DNA of 57,104 bases, counting the filler, from Squatina squatina (Eukaryota), in the NCBI GenBank assembly GCA_031763465.1. It is 4 parts of 4 records of this genome, joined end to end, with 100 filler letters (N's around TTAATTAATTAA, not from the genome) between each part and the next. Parts side by side here need not be neighbours in the genome. Positions count along the whole stretch, not along the records: positions 1 to 13,436 come from JARFOE010000001.1; positions 13,537 to 28,159 come from JARFOE010000058.1; 2 more parts are not named here. One strand, written 5' to 3'. Shown here piece by piece: positions 12,768 to 25,652 of this stretch (the first letter of the stretch is position 1; every line of letters starts with the position of its first letter). The notes under the pieces were generated by a model, which saw nothing but the letters and a program-made list of their open reading frames with translations, had not been told where the DNA came from and ran no database searches. The position numbers and the translations under genes are program-made.

Positions 12768-12914
12768 TGATTCTTTGACATATGCTCTATCAGCAAGGTG
12801 AAATCTCTGACAAAGCGATGGCACAACCGACTCTTTTCAGACGTGTTAAACATCATGGTAAGCCATGCGGGCTCTGTGATCCTTGGGGCGGTGTAAAGAT
12901 TGCACATAGTGGTC
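12768..12914 (-). CDS. FNIP2: FNIP2 internal exon
   Basis: 147-nt exon, tttgtag| to |gtatgt, translating [48 protein letters not shown](Q). Splices in frame to 11881 across an ungapped 886-nt intron. Confidence 0.93.
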
Positions 12915-13154
12915 CTACAAAGCAAAAACACATGGTTTAAAAACATTAGCCATCACTTAAGAATTTTCTTGTCACTGAATGTAACATATAATCTACGCTA
13001 TCCTTTAATTAGTTGCAATGTGCTTGCTTTTCAAATAGATCAAAAATCGATACATTATTTGGCTTGCAATCCACACTTTTGTAATAAACCTTTTAAACTT
13101 TCTTCGAGTTTATTTTTGCAAAGTTATATGTATCCTTATATTTAACATGTACAT

Positions 13155-13436
13155 ATGCTTCCAGTGGCTGAGCAGCACCTCCTGGAGTCAAAATGCCACT
13201 TCCGCCCATCAAGAGGTACAACAGACAAGATTTTCAGCGCGCACCAAATCCAAGAAAAGTGCAGAGAGCAGCATCAACCTCTGTACATGACCTTCTTTGA
13301 CCTTACGAAGGCCTTCGACTCTGTCAGCCAGGAGGGATTATGGAGTGTTCAAGTTTTTGGCTGCCCGCAAAAATAAGTCACCATCCTCTGCCTGCTTCAC
13401 AACACGCAAGCAGTGATTCTCACCAATGGCTCAACC
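13155..13436 (+). mobile_element. RTE-clade LINE reverse transcriptase fragment
   Basis: LLESKCHFRPSRGTTDKIFSAHQIQEKCREQHQPLYMTFFDLTKAFDSVSQEGLW..FGCP: RT motifs typical of RTE LINEs, with an internal stop. Confidence 0.85.
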
Positions 13437-13480
13437 NNNNNNNNNNNNNNNNNNNNNNNNNNNNNNNNNNNNNNNNNNNN

Positions 13481-13492
13481 TTAATTAATTAA
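13481..13492. other. Synthetic scaffold linker TTAATTAATTAA in a 100-nt N spacer
   Basis: 44 N + TTAATTAATTAA + 44 N; palindromic, with stop codons in all six frames. Confidence 0.95.
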
Positions 13493-13689
13493 NNNNNNNN
13501 NNNNNNNNNNNNNNNNNNNNNNNNNNNNNNNNNNNNGTGCTCCCCAACTGATACCCCTTCCACCTGCCCCGCTTCATTCCCTAAAACTAAGTCCAGACCC
13601 ACACCCTCGCTTGTTGGGCTTGCTATGCACTGGCTAAAACAAACAAAACCCAGTGGCTGTCTCCAAGCCTGACTTCCTATTGCACTATG

Positions 13690-14280
13690 CCAGACATCAG
13701 AGTTTGGATGAACTCAAGTTTTCCGAGAGTGAAGCATGGGAGGCCAGCCAGGAGAGTGTTGCAATAGTCCAGTCTGGAAGTAACAAAGGCTTGGATGAAA
13801 GTTTTATCAGTTAATCGGTTAAGGCAGGGGCAGATGTTGTGGAGATGAAAATTAGGTGGTCTTCATGATGGAGAGGGTATGGGGTTTGAAGCTTAGCTCT
13901 GGGTTGAATAGGACGACAAGGTTGCAAACAGTTTGGTTCAAACTGAGACAGTTACCAAGGAGACAGATTGAATCTGTCACCAGGGTACAGAGTTGGGAGT
14001 GGGGGCTGAAGATTATGGCTTCATTCCTACTTAGACTGGATGCCAGATAAGCAGTTTGGCAACACAGAGGCGATGGAGGGTTTGAGACAGGTGGTGGAAG
14101 GGGAGAGCTGTGTGTCATCAGTGTACATGTGGAAGTTGACTGCATGTCTTCAGATAGACGAGGAAGAGGGGCGGGGGGATCAAGGATAGATCCTTGGAAG
14201 GAACAGTTAAAGGGCTGAAAGAGAAACCATTGTTGGAGATGCTCTACCTAAGATTGGCCAGGTGGGAATGGAACCAGGCG
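13690..14280 (-). mobile_element. L2-clade LINE RT fragment
   Basis: Minus strand reads FHMYTDDTQL (YADD-equivalent) and LSLNQTVCNLVVLFNPELSFKPH..IMKT, typical of L2 ORF2. Confidence 0.8.
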
Positions 14281-17200
14281 CCGGTCTCGCTTGTAATGCT
14301 AATTTGCCATCCTGTAAACTAGCTGTGAGGTCCCGTTTCTTCAGTCACTACATTGTTATTTGTCATATTCAGGCGGCATGCCCTTTCAACACTTTTCTCG
14401 CTTTGATATGCGCCCTGTTACGCTTCCTAACTCCTCATTATCTGGGAACATGGACGCTTTATATTACCGGAAAGGGTGACGATTTTCACAATAAATAATG
14501 AATCCTGTCCTTGTAGCATTGTCTGGCTCGCAATGTCCCCTGAATTTTATTACAAAGGTGAATAATGCGAGTGCGGATGGCCGCGTTATAAACCGAGGTC
14601 ATATTTACATAGGCTTCGTGTAACCTGTTGAATTTTAACCCTTGCCACACCCGCAAGACAGGTCAATTCTTGTTCAAATGCAAATATGTTTTATCCGTGA
14701 CCTGTGTGTGAGCAAGTGATGTCTACATTCAACTTATTTCTGATTTCGATCAATTGAATTGAAAATGTATTTTTCTAACTGTAATCGATTTATAAAGAAC
14801 TCTCTTGAAATTAAACACATTGGTATCTTTCATTTGTGTGAGTAACCGCACCATGTTCAACCAACTTACCGTTAATGCGCCAGCAATATTAAAATAAATA
14901 AAATATACCACCTAAAAAAATCGCAATAAAACAGATTATGATGGAAAAACATGTAAGTCTGTCAGCATCTGAAAAACGATATTGTGGTATGATCGGGGCG
15001 ATCACAATCAAGTCGAAAAGAATAAAAATTAATTTTCTAAATTGTCTTCACAAACCCTTGTAGCAATGATGGTCCATTTGGAATGAGAGCGATGATCAAC
15101 ACCCTGACTTATTATAGAAACAGCAATATGGTTGGTTAGGGATTTGATGTTATAGTTTAGGGAAACAGAAATAGTTCATTAATCATTGGTTGGAAGTCGT
15201 TCAATAGCCAAAACATAATACAGATTCAAGAATAAATCATNNNNNNNNNNNNNNNNNNNNNNNNNNNNNNNNNNNNNNNNNNNNNNNNNNNNNNNNNNNN
15301 NNNNNNNNNNNNNNNNNNNNNNNNNNNNNNNNNNNNNNNNNNNNNNNNNNNNNNNNNNNNNNNNNNNNNNNNNNNNNNNNNNNNNNNNNNNNNNNNNNNN
15401 NNNNNNNNNNNNNNNNNNNNNNNNNNNNNNNNNNNNNNNNNNNNNNNNNNNNNNNNNNNNNNNNNNNNNNNNNNNNNNNNNNNNNNNNNNNNNNNNNNNN
15501 NNNNNNNNNNNNNNNNNNNNNNNNNNNNNNNNNNNNNNNNNNNNNNNNNNNNNNNNNNNNNNNNNNNNNNNNNNNNNNNNNNNNNNNNNNNNNNNNNNNN
15601 NNNNNNNNNNNNNNNNNNNNNNNNNNNNNNNNNNNNNNNNNNNNNNNNNNNNNNNNNNNNNNNNNNNNNNNNNNNNNNNNNNNNNNNNNNNNNNNNNNNN
15701 NNNNNNNNNNNNNNNNNNNNNNNNNNNNNNNNNNNNNNNNNNNNNNNNNNNNNNNNNNNNNNNNNNNNNNNNNNNNNNNNNNNNNNNNNNNNNNNNNNNN
15801 NNNNNNNNNNNNNNNNNNNNNNNNNNNNNNNNNNNNNNNNNNNNNNNNNNNNNNNNNNNNNNNNNNNNNNNNNNNNNNNNNNNNNNNNNNNNNNNNNNNN
15901 NNNNNNNNNNNNNNNNNNNNNNNNNNNNNNNNNNNNNNNNNNNNNNNNNNNNNNNNNNNNNNNNNNNNNNNNNNNNNNNNNNNNNNNNNNNNNNNNNNNN
16001 NNNNNNNNNNNNNNNNCCATTTTCCGAAAGTATTTAGATTGAAATGTTAAAGGCTGTGCCTGACAGTAACCCATAAATTAGATGGATTGGTTATGCAATT
16101 AATTATATTTGCAGACGGATCTAATCTTGTCTTTTTGGATTTCTGTGACTTAACTTGGTTTTCTTTTCCAGTGATTATAATACTTGCTGTAACATTTTCT
16201 TGTAACTCGAGTTTCTACTTTTAAATCCACAGTTTGAGCATCGGGCAATCAGGAATTAGGGATGCTTTATTGTAGATGGGATTCTCTGGCTGGGAGAGAC
16301 GCTGTAGAAGGCTGTGCTGCCGAAATCGACACTTCTTGAAGTGTCACTTTGCACACTTAACTACATTTTGTTTTGAGAATTTACTTATCTGGGACACAGT
16401 TCTGGTGGGAAGGTAAATATTTATCGAAATACAGGCATACGTAACAGCAACACGCTGAATTTGGATTGCTGCATTGAAACGTTTGTAAACCAGTAAAGAG
16501 AGAGACGAAGAATTCAGTGGTTAGAAATGAATTCTAATCACTTTATATTTGTCCAGTGAATATAAATATCCTCTTTAACTCTGCCATAGGTGATTCAGAT
16601 TGGTCTGTTAGTAGAAAAGTATAGGATATCGATAGCTCTTAAAAGTTTATTTGACAGTTTGTGTGTGGGGGTTGCTTTGTAAACCTGTCCGTTTCATTTA
16701 TTGCTACAGATACTGAGGCGCAACAATTTGAAAACTCTGAATGTTCTGCGTTAATATATTTCAAAACGTGGAGCATTCTAAATGAAGCACGGTTTAGGAA
16801 CTGGAAGAATCGCAATTATATTTGCTTAAAAATATTTTTCACACGCAAAGCATTTAATGTTGACTGAAATTATATTATTTCTTCCCATCGGTCGCGATGC
16901 TACTTAGTTCNNNNNNNNNNNNNNNNNNNNNNNNNNNNNNNNNNNNNNNNNNNNNNNNNNNNNNNNNNNNNNNNNNNNNNNNNNNNNNNNNNNNNNNNNN
17001 NNNNNNNNNNNNNNNNNNNNNNNNNNNNNNNNNNNNNNNNNNNNNNNNNNNNNNNNNNNNNNNNNNNNNNNNNNNNNNNNNNNNNNNNNNNNNNNNNNNN
17101 NNNNNNNNNNNNNNNNNNNNNNNNNNNNNNNNNNNNNNNNNNNNNNNNNNNNNNNNNNNNNNNNNNNNNNNNNNNNNNNNNNNNNNNNNNNNNNNNNNNN

Positions 17201-18539
17201 NNNNNNNNNNNNNNNNNNNNNNNNNNNNNNNNNNNNNNNNNNNNNNNNNNNNNNNNNNNNNNNNNNNNNNNNNNNNNNNNNNNNNNNNNNNNNNNNNNNN
17301 NNNNNNNNNNNNNNNNNNNNNNNNNNNNNNNNNNNNNNNNNNNNNNNNNNNNNNNNNNNNNNNNNNNNNNNNNNNNNNNNNNNNNNNNNNNNNNNNNNNN
17401 NNNNNNNNNNNNNNNNNNNNNNNNNNNNNNNNNNNNNNNNNNNNNNNNNNNNNNNNNNNNNNNNNNNNNNNNNNNNNNNNNNNNNNNNNNNNNNNNNNNN
17501 NNNNNNNNNNNNNNNNNNNNNNNNNNNNNNNNNNNNNNNNNNNNNNNNNNNNNNNNNNNNNNNNNNNNNNNNNNNNNNNNNNNNNNNNNNNNNNNNNNNN
17601 NNNNNNNNNNNNNNNNNNNNNNNNNNNNNNNNNNNNNNNNNNNNNNNNNNNNNNNNNNNNNNNNNNNNNNNNNNNNNNNNNNNNNNNNNNNNNNNNNNNN
17701 NNNNNGACAGGTTGGTTAACACTAAAACATTGGATGCAGAAATCTGCAGTGTTGTTGGGAGAATGTTAGAGATGCAGGCTCCCCCAAGCCCCACCTCTCC
17801 TCCTCTCTGATTGTAATTGCTTTCTGTTAATTTATTCTCATTTTTAATCAATTATTCTTATTTTCAATAAAGCCTCAACCTACTCAAGATTCTCATATCA
17901 TTGACTCTCAAATCTTAACTTGTCTTATCTCTGTCAGTTGTCCAGGCACCTGCTGTGTATTTCCGTCATTTTCAGATGTTGTTTCTGAAAATCCAATATT
18001 GCATGAGTTTCTTTAAAGAAATAAGGAAGAACCACGTGGTTTCACCAAGAATTAGAGAAAACATATTTTCTATTTCTTTCTGAGTTCTTCGGTATTTTTA
18101 TAAAACTGAAAAAACCCTCTGATCAAATCCTTCAGCTAGTTGCACTCTTGTGGCTAATACAGTATTAAATGGCACTTCATAGCTTAGAAATGCTCTTTCT
18201 ATGAGCTGTGTGAGGCTATTTGTGTATATCAGTAAATGATTACTTGAAAACTGTATTCTTAATTTACAATATTTGTCACTATGAAGCTCATGTATTACTC
18301 TTTAAACCCGAAGACCTGATAAAACAAATCCACAATTGGCACCTTTAACAGAAGCAAACAAGGCACTTTACAAAAACAAAGGTTGATGGGCAGGGGTTAG
18401 GGTGGAGGTGTGGAGCTGGTGAAGGTGACTGGTCCAAGAGATGGATTTTGTGGACACTTTTAAAGGTGGGGAGAAATTCGCTTTGGAAAAATGTTTGAGA
18501 TGGTGGGGCCATGATAATGAAGGCCGTGTTTCTTAAGTG

Positions 18540-18690
18540 AAAACAGAAAATGCACAGTAGGTCAGTCACCACCTGTAAAAAGAACCGAAACGTTAATGAT
18601 CTTAGGGTCTTTGGAGGGCTGGCTGAGCACGTGTATTTCCAGCATTCTCTATTTTTTTATTTCAGAACATCAGCTTTTGCAGTCTTTTCC
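18540..18690. repeat. Degenerate palindromic interspersed repeat (aaacagaaaatgc...cgaaacgtt...tatttccagcatt family)
   Basis: Same motifs as the copies at 44648 and 53848-54750. Confidence 0.55.
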
Positions 18691-18789
18691 CTTTTTATTT
18701 GAAGGCTGCAGATCAGTCGACAACAATAACTATATATATATCAGTCCCTGCACTGCGTGAAGTGCTTTGAAATATTCCAGGATGTGATA

Positions 18790-19006
18790 AGGTGCTAAAG
18801 GGTGTGGAGATCTGGGGCTCTCTCCTCCAAACAACTGTTGAGGCTAGGTCAATTTAAAATTTCAGAACTGTGATTGATAGAATTTTTGTTAGGCAAGGGT
18901 ATTAAGGGTTAAAGAGCCAAGGCTGGCAGATGAAGTTAAGATACAAATCAGCCATGATCTAAGTGAACAGTGGACCTGGCTCGACCGGCTGAAAGGCCTA
19001 GGTTCC
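18790..19006 (+). mobile_element. CR1 LINE 3' end
   Basis: gtgtggagatc..tcctccaaacaactgttgaggct...ggctgaaaggcctaggttcct CR1 tail. Confidence 0.75.
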
Positions 19007-19116
19007 TAAATAAATGCAAGGATTTTTTTTCTGGTGTAAAATTTCTTGCAAGTTACCCTTTGTTTTTCTACCTTTTGGGGATACATTTTACAGTTTTTAA
19101 TTCTATTTCCACTTAG

Positions 19117-19317
19117 GTGAAAATCTGGTTCCAGAATCGAAGGGCCAAGGAACGGAAGATGACCAAGAAGCAGTTGGCTCAGTCTGATGGCTGTCTGGCT
19201 CCCCACGGTCCGGGTCCAGGGAGTCCTGTGGAGATGGCAGGGCAGATGCTGCTTGGGGGCCATATCTCTGGGGGCCAGCCTGTCGGGAATATGGCCCAAG
19301 TAACTGTCACACTCTAA
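19117..19317 (+). CDS. CDX4: CDX4 (caudal-type ParaHox homeobox) terminal coding exon
   Basis: Acceptor ttccacttag|, then VKIWFQNRRAKERKMTKKQLAQSDG...SPVEM...QPVGNMAQVTVTL*. This is Cdx homeodomain helix 3 with a CDX4-type tail (KERKM.KK, final QV.V). Adjacent to CHIC1. Confidence 0.9.
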   Translation: MKIWFQNRRAKERKMTKKQLAQSDGCLAPHGPGPGSPVEMAGQMLLGGHISGGQPVGNMAQVTVTL

Positions 19318-19943
19318 CCAGTGCACAACAGCAAGGACTTCAGAGCTTCTGAGGATGACCCAGCCGCATGCCCAGGATTATGTACAGAGAGCACTCCATT
19401 TTTTTAAAAAGGCGCTTTACATTATTGGAAGATGTGAATTTTACGGATATCAGGGAGCTATTCGCAATTTGTAAAGTCATGTGATCACAAGCGGACATTT
19501 TTATATACAGATCAAACTTTGACTTGAACATTAAAGTTATTTGAAAGATTTTTTAAAAAAGAGTCTTGATAACATTCCTGGCCATATTGCGTTGATAATT
19601 TCATTTTTATTATAAGTTTGCATACGTAAAAGTAAAACCAATGCACATTTAAAAAAAACTTTCCGAATACTTTACTTAGGAGGTGAAAAGTTGCCTCTAA
19701 AGACGAACGGACAACAGAGTGCATTGTTTCGCCTGTTGTATTATTAACTGCGGGGTCATACTCTGTAAACTATGCAGCTGTATACAGTTACTCAGTCAAA
19801 ATACACGTGTTGTCTGGTGCTCTGTGTTCAGCAAATTAGTCTCCGTCCCCAATTGCTGTGTCTCATTTTTAACCTAGAAATGTATAAACCTACAAAAATT
19901 AGTTTTCTGACATCTTAAGGTACAATTCTTTACCTGACTTGTT

Positions 19944-19949
19944 AATAAA
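19944..19949 (+). promoter_or_regulatory. Candidate CDX4 polyadenylation signal
   Basis: AATAAA about 630 nt after the stop codon, followed by GT-rich sequence. Confidence 0.4.
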
Positions 19950-21279
19950 AGGGTGTTTTGGGTACCTTTCANNNNNNNNNNNNNNNNNNNNNNNNNNNNN
20001 NNNNNNNNNNNNNNNNNNNNNNNNNNNNNNNNNNNNNNNNNNNNNNNNNNNNNNNNNNNNNNNNNNNNNNNTGTATGCCATAGAACTCGTAAGTCCCAAC
20101 TGAAATAATGCCACCACTGAACCCAATTTTCAATGTGTCATGTAACTGTTAGACGGCCCTGAATGTGAAATTAGAGAGTATATATTTGTAATAGAAAAAT
20201 AGCTCCGTTATACCTTGATTGGAATTTTTATGCAAAATAATGAACCTTTGTGTTTTACCCCTTCAAAGAATTGGAAGTAATTGTATGATTCTATTCAGCA
20301 ATTTACTTCAGTGTTAACATTTTGATGTTCAGTAATGTGTTTTAATGTTGTAAACCATTGTTAATCTCCCTTAACATGCATCCCTACCTGTTTATGAATT
20401 TGACAAATGACTCTTCTGATTTTTTTTTAAATCGACATTGCCTCATAAATACACGAAAATAAACTTGATAATAGGCCTCTTCACTTTCTGACTTTATAAA
20501 AATAATGAAACCATTTGTATATGTCTGTTCCATTTATAAATACTGGGTGATCTTACACCTTAGGAACTTTATGTATTGGATCTCCATGAGTGGCTTCTTG
20601 GAGCCTTTGGGTGGCTTTTAAAAATTACTGATAATTATCCATACAGCTGCCTGTAGTTTTAAAGGAAAGGAGATAAAGAGACAAAAAATATCCTTGTGTC
20701 CCTATATCCTAATACTGTAATTCCTAAACAATTGAAGATTATTCTGGAAAATAATCCACTGTAATCCAATAACCCAAATGCAGAGAAAAGAGGGGAAGGG
20801 AAGCCACATTGAGTTGTCACTGTATGCATTTTCTTTCCTGCTTTTTGAAGTTAAAAGAAAGTGGAAAAGGATGACTAAGCAAAATTAGGAATAAAGATTG
20901 AGTAGCATTTAATAATGATTTAAAATACAATTTCTGCTTGGGCTTTTTTTGCTTTGAATTCACATTACTGTTAAGTAACAGCTTCAAAGAATTGGTAGAA
21001 ATGTGTTTAACGTGAGCACAGCACAAATTCCTAGTACAGTTTGGAGTTGCATTTAATCTGCAGTGATGCCCAGCAAATTACATAGGGTATTTGAATTTTA
21101 AAAATAATCTCTGGTTTCACTTTTCTATGGTGGATGTTGTCTTATTCTTTTCATAGTATGTAAATGCACACGCCTCTTCAGTTTGATCTTGTGTACAATA
21201 CTTAGCAAAATCAGTTCAAAACTGTAAAGTGGGTTCAAAGTCATCTGTAAAATAGCTTTTTTTCTCAGTGTTAACTTGA

Positions 21280-21501
<222 letters not shown>

Positions 21502-23439
21502 TAATTTTAATCCTCTACAAACTAATACACATCAGTTAAAGCAAATGAGACTAATGCAAGCTGGTTGCAAACTTTAGAAATGGGGCTAGTCTTGGAACCA
21601 TTTTTTTGCCACCAAGCTCTTCTAACTATGCAGAGATTTCCCTGTACTCTGCCCAACAATATGACTTAACCCCAACCACATAATGTGCAAGAGTGATGTT
21701 TTCACTTATCACACCAGCCATCTTTAAGGCTGCTGATTTAGTTTTCACAGAAAATGCGAAATCCAAATCATTGGTCAGAATGCCATGTATTCAAAAGAAA
21801 AAATGAGACCCTATTCAGTCACAGTAAATTAGTGGCTTTAATACATTGTTCATCACATAGCATAGCACCATCAGCAAGGACCTTTTTAAAGACAGTTTTT
21901 AGTGCTGATTTTTAAAACCTGATTTTTGGGATCAAAAACTGGGAGCAAATCCGGTGGGGGTGTTGTGGAGACTAGATCCCAAAAAAGCAGTGTAATTCGG
22001 AGAAAAATTTTGAACGCCACTTAAAATAAGCAAGAAGCTATCGAGGCACAGTTAAGCTAAATNNNNNNNNNNNNNNNNNNNNNNNNNNNNNNNNNNNNNN
22101 NNNNNNNNNNNNNNNNNNNNNNNNNNNNNNNNNNNNNNNNNNNNNNNNNNNNNNNNNNNNNNTCTCTGAAGTGTTGCACTCAATCTGTTACCGCATTCAC
22201 CGGATGAATATTGAGGTGTTCACTTTGAAGGAACTTAAATCTTGTACATAGTACTTCAGTCCATATTGTACAGTGTGGTATGTCAATGTTTACAGAATGT
22301 AATGTTGCTTCCTTACTACACCCCAAGAATCTTGAAATATGAAAGGACTTTTTGATTAAGTGTGAGAATTCTTGTGCAGATTTTAATCTCTATACTGTAT
22401 TCATATTGAGATTAGCAATGCAACTAGACGAGAAAGTGCCTTTGTATTACAGTAGGAACAATTACTCCCATTGAAGTAAAAGATCAAATCTAATGTATAC
22501 TGCGTGTGAAAAATGGCTAAGGAAGTGGAGTAGATAAAAACTAATATTTCTGGGATAGAGCTACTGAACTTCTCAAGTATTCTAACAATTATCGTCGTCT
22601 ACATTTAACTATAAACTTTATTGTATTAATCACTACAAGCATAAAAATGTTGAATATTTCATTTTGGATGAAGGATACAACAGATGAAAGATTCAGTGTA
22701 TAGCAATTTAAGGAGCTTGTTTTCTTGTTCCAATTAGTAGCAAAGCACCCTTTTTAATGGGTTTCCCTTGACCCCCACAATACTGTTAGTTTTTTTAGTC
22801 TTTGCTTTAGCTTGGGAGTCCTGCTGAAACTTTACTAAAAGATCCATTGCCCTTTGAGAATCAGTGTTCTTTGCTTCATTGGTAACATCCCTTTTGATGA
22901 GTTTTTGTCATGTTGCTAAGTAACACTTATATTCTGTATAATTGTTGAAAGTTTTCATTGTGAAAGAAGAATGCATTATCAATATTTGCGTCATCAAGAA
23001 TTTTTAATTTCTCTCCCTCCAAAGCATGCTCTTGTAGAATGGGAACACAAGTTTCCAAAGATTTGAGGGCTAAAGTTAGCAAAGATGCAAATTATGCATG
23101 TTGCTGAGCTTTCTGTTCCGGAATATTAACTTTTGTTGTGAATTTTANNNNNNNNNNNNNNNNNNNNNNNNNNNNNNNNNNNNNNNNNNNNNNNNNNNNN
23201 NNNNNNNNNNNNNNNNNNNNNNNNNNNNNNNNNNNNNNNNNNNNNNNGCGATACCAGTAACCTCAACCATAGCTCTTCATTCACCAACAGTGCAACTCCT
23301 CACCTTTCCTCTATCACTGACCATCACATCATCCTCTTTCCAGCAACACAAAAATCAAAACCACTTGAAAATGCGTATTCCAATCCAATTATATAAAATT
23401 CAATTATTACATAATGCATTAAAAAAATACATATTCCCT

Positions 23440-24075
23440 GTCTTCCGTGTGCCTTTGCCTCTCCTAGTGCTCCTATGAGATGCTTCCCAAGTGGCTGCAG
23501 CATGGGTAGTGGAAGGCCGGTGACCTTCAATTGAGGAGACTACAGATGATCTTCGGTCTCGAGCAGCTCTGGCCCTAGAAGACCCGGCTTTGGACTGCAC
23601 CATCTTGGCCTGGGCTGCAGCAGTCTGGGTGGGCTGGCTAGCTGACATAGAACAACAAGGGCACTGGCAGAGTGGCAAGGCTGGGAGAAGGAATGCTGGC
23701 CAGGTTTGTGTTCCAGGGAGCCACTGCCTCTCTCCCAGGTAGTGTCTCAGCAATCCTACTGATCTGTAGGAGAACAGATTGGTGGACTGCTATGACACTC
23801 TGGCAGCCCCTTTGAACAGTGGTCTCCAGAGCCCCAAAGGCAGCAATCTGAGCATCCACTACAGGACTCAGACCTTTGATGGAAGCTGCTTGTGCTGTAA
23901 ATCAAACTGTGACATCGGCCAACAGACCCTGCATCATGGTGGGTTCCACAGGTGTGCTGATGGAGGTGACAAGTTGGTGTCGAACTCGTCCATGCTCCTT
24001 GACATTGTGCGCAGGCTTTTTGGCAGGCTTGCCAGTACGCCAAGCTTTTGGAAATGTACACCCATCAAACTTCTT
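23440..24075 (-). mobile_element. Decayed transposon ORF, possibly a PIF/Harbinger accessory (Myb/SANT-like) protein C-terminus
   Basis: Frameshifted overlapping low-complexity ORFs (MDAQIAAFGALETTVQRG...; AGSSRARAARDRRS...RSTRRGKG) in a GC-rich block. The family call is inferred from composition only. Confidence 0.4.
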
Positions 24076-24175
24076 NNNNNNNNNNNNNNNNNNNNNNNNN
24101 NNNNNNNNNNNNNNNNNNNNNNNNNNNNNNNNNNNNNNNNNNNNNNNNNNNNNNNNNNNNNNNNNNNNNNNNNNN

Positions 24176-24428
24176 ACCCATTCCCTTCCTGCCTGTGCAG
24201 TCTTTACCTGTGGTCTGACCACCTCCCTAAGCATGCTATCCACGATGATCTCCGCATCATGGATGCTCCACTATGTATCCATTCGCAGCTCTAGCTCCGT
24301 AATGCGGTTAGCCAGTAGCTGCAGCTGGATACACTTCCTGTGCACATGGTCGTCAGGGACACTGGAGGTGTCTCTGATTTCCCACATTGCACAGGAGGAG
24401 CATTCCACGGGGTTGAGCTGCCATGACT
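24176..24428 (-). mobile_element. CR1 LINE ORF1 N-terminus (zinc finger/leucine zipper)
   Basis: VECSSCAMWEIRDTSSVPDDHVHRKCIQLQLLANRITELELRMD*: CxxC...xxC followed by a leucine zipper. Confidence 0.8.
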
Positions 24429-24612
24429 TACCCTTTAATTTTTAAATTAAGTCACATCAAAGCCCACTAATTACACTACAATTAAATGATATTAATTACC
24501 TAAGGACCCGTCGCTACATAATAGTGATATTAGAAACTATAACCGCAAACTAAAGACCTTCTAAACCTTATCAACTATTAACTGTCAAACTAAAGAATAG
24601 TATAAATACTCA

Positions 24613-25066
24613 CCATCCCGCCATCCCAGGAATCCATCTGGTGAACCTTAGTTGCACTCCCTCTATGACAAGTATATCCTTCCTTAGGTAAGGAGAACAA
24701 AACTCTACACTATACTCCAGGTGCAGTCTCACCAAGGCCCGATATAATTGCAGTAAGATGTCTTTACTCTTATACTCAAATCCTCTTGTAATAAAGGCCA
24801 ACATACCATTTGCTTCCTTAATTGCTTGCTGCACCTGCATGTTAACTTTCAGTGATTCGTGTACAAGGACACCCAGGTTCCTCTGAACATCAACATTTCC
24901 CAATCTCTCACCATTTAAAAAATAATCTGCATTTCTATATTCCTACGAAAGTGGATAACGTCACATTTTTCCACATTATATTCCATCTGCCATGTTCTTG
25001 CCCACTCACTTAGCCTGTCTATATCCCCTTGAAGTCTCTTTGCATCCTCCTCAACTCACAATCCCA
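24613..25066 (-). mobile_element. CR1 LINE ORF2 C-terminal fragment
   Basis: GNVDVQRNLGVLVHESLKVNMQVQQAIKEANGMLAFITRGFEYKSKDILLQLYRALVRLHLEY. Confidence 0.9.
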
Positions 25067-25609
25067 CCATTTAAGATAACTAAAAGGATTTGATAGGGCA
25101 GGTAGATAGAGAAACTATTTCCTGTCCCTTATAATTTAACCCTTTTAACCTTGGTATCATTCTCGTGACAGCACCAGAATGATAGGGCAAAAAGGGTTAA
25201 ATTATGAAGACAAGTTGCATAGATGAGGCTTGTATTCCTTGAGTATCGAAGGTTAACGGGTGATCTAGTTCATCCATCGGAACTTTTTAACTTTCACTGC
25301 ACTGGACAACACCAGTATAATGCTCAAGCAGTGAAAGGTGCCTTCTCGAGGTGGACTTGCATGTCATGGTTTTAGTGTGTCCAGGAATCACACTGCCAAT
25401 TTGACTCCCGAGCTGTACCTCGAGTTTTACTATTTTGCACTTGTGAAGCTGCTTTGCATCGGTGTGTTTGCCATACTTCAATCAGCCGATCAGAGTTTAC
25501 TCTAAAGGTTGCAATGTATAACACTGTTAGGTTATTTTTCCAGATCATTAAATTTGAAATTATTACTTGTCTGTTGAGAACAAAAGTAACACTCTGTTTC
25601 TGTTTATAG

Positions 25610-25652
25610 ATGAGAACCCTGGTAAAGAAGAGGAGCTGGCTTTGGTTGATGG
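25610..25652 (+). CDS. FIP1L2: FIP1L1-paralogue (FIP1L2) small N-terminal exon
   Basis: 43 nt, tgtttatag| to |gtaaga, phase 1 to 2, translating (D)ENPGKEEELALVD(G). Similar position and acidic character to the FIP1L1 DENEVERPEEE exon. Confidence 0.6.
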
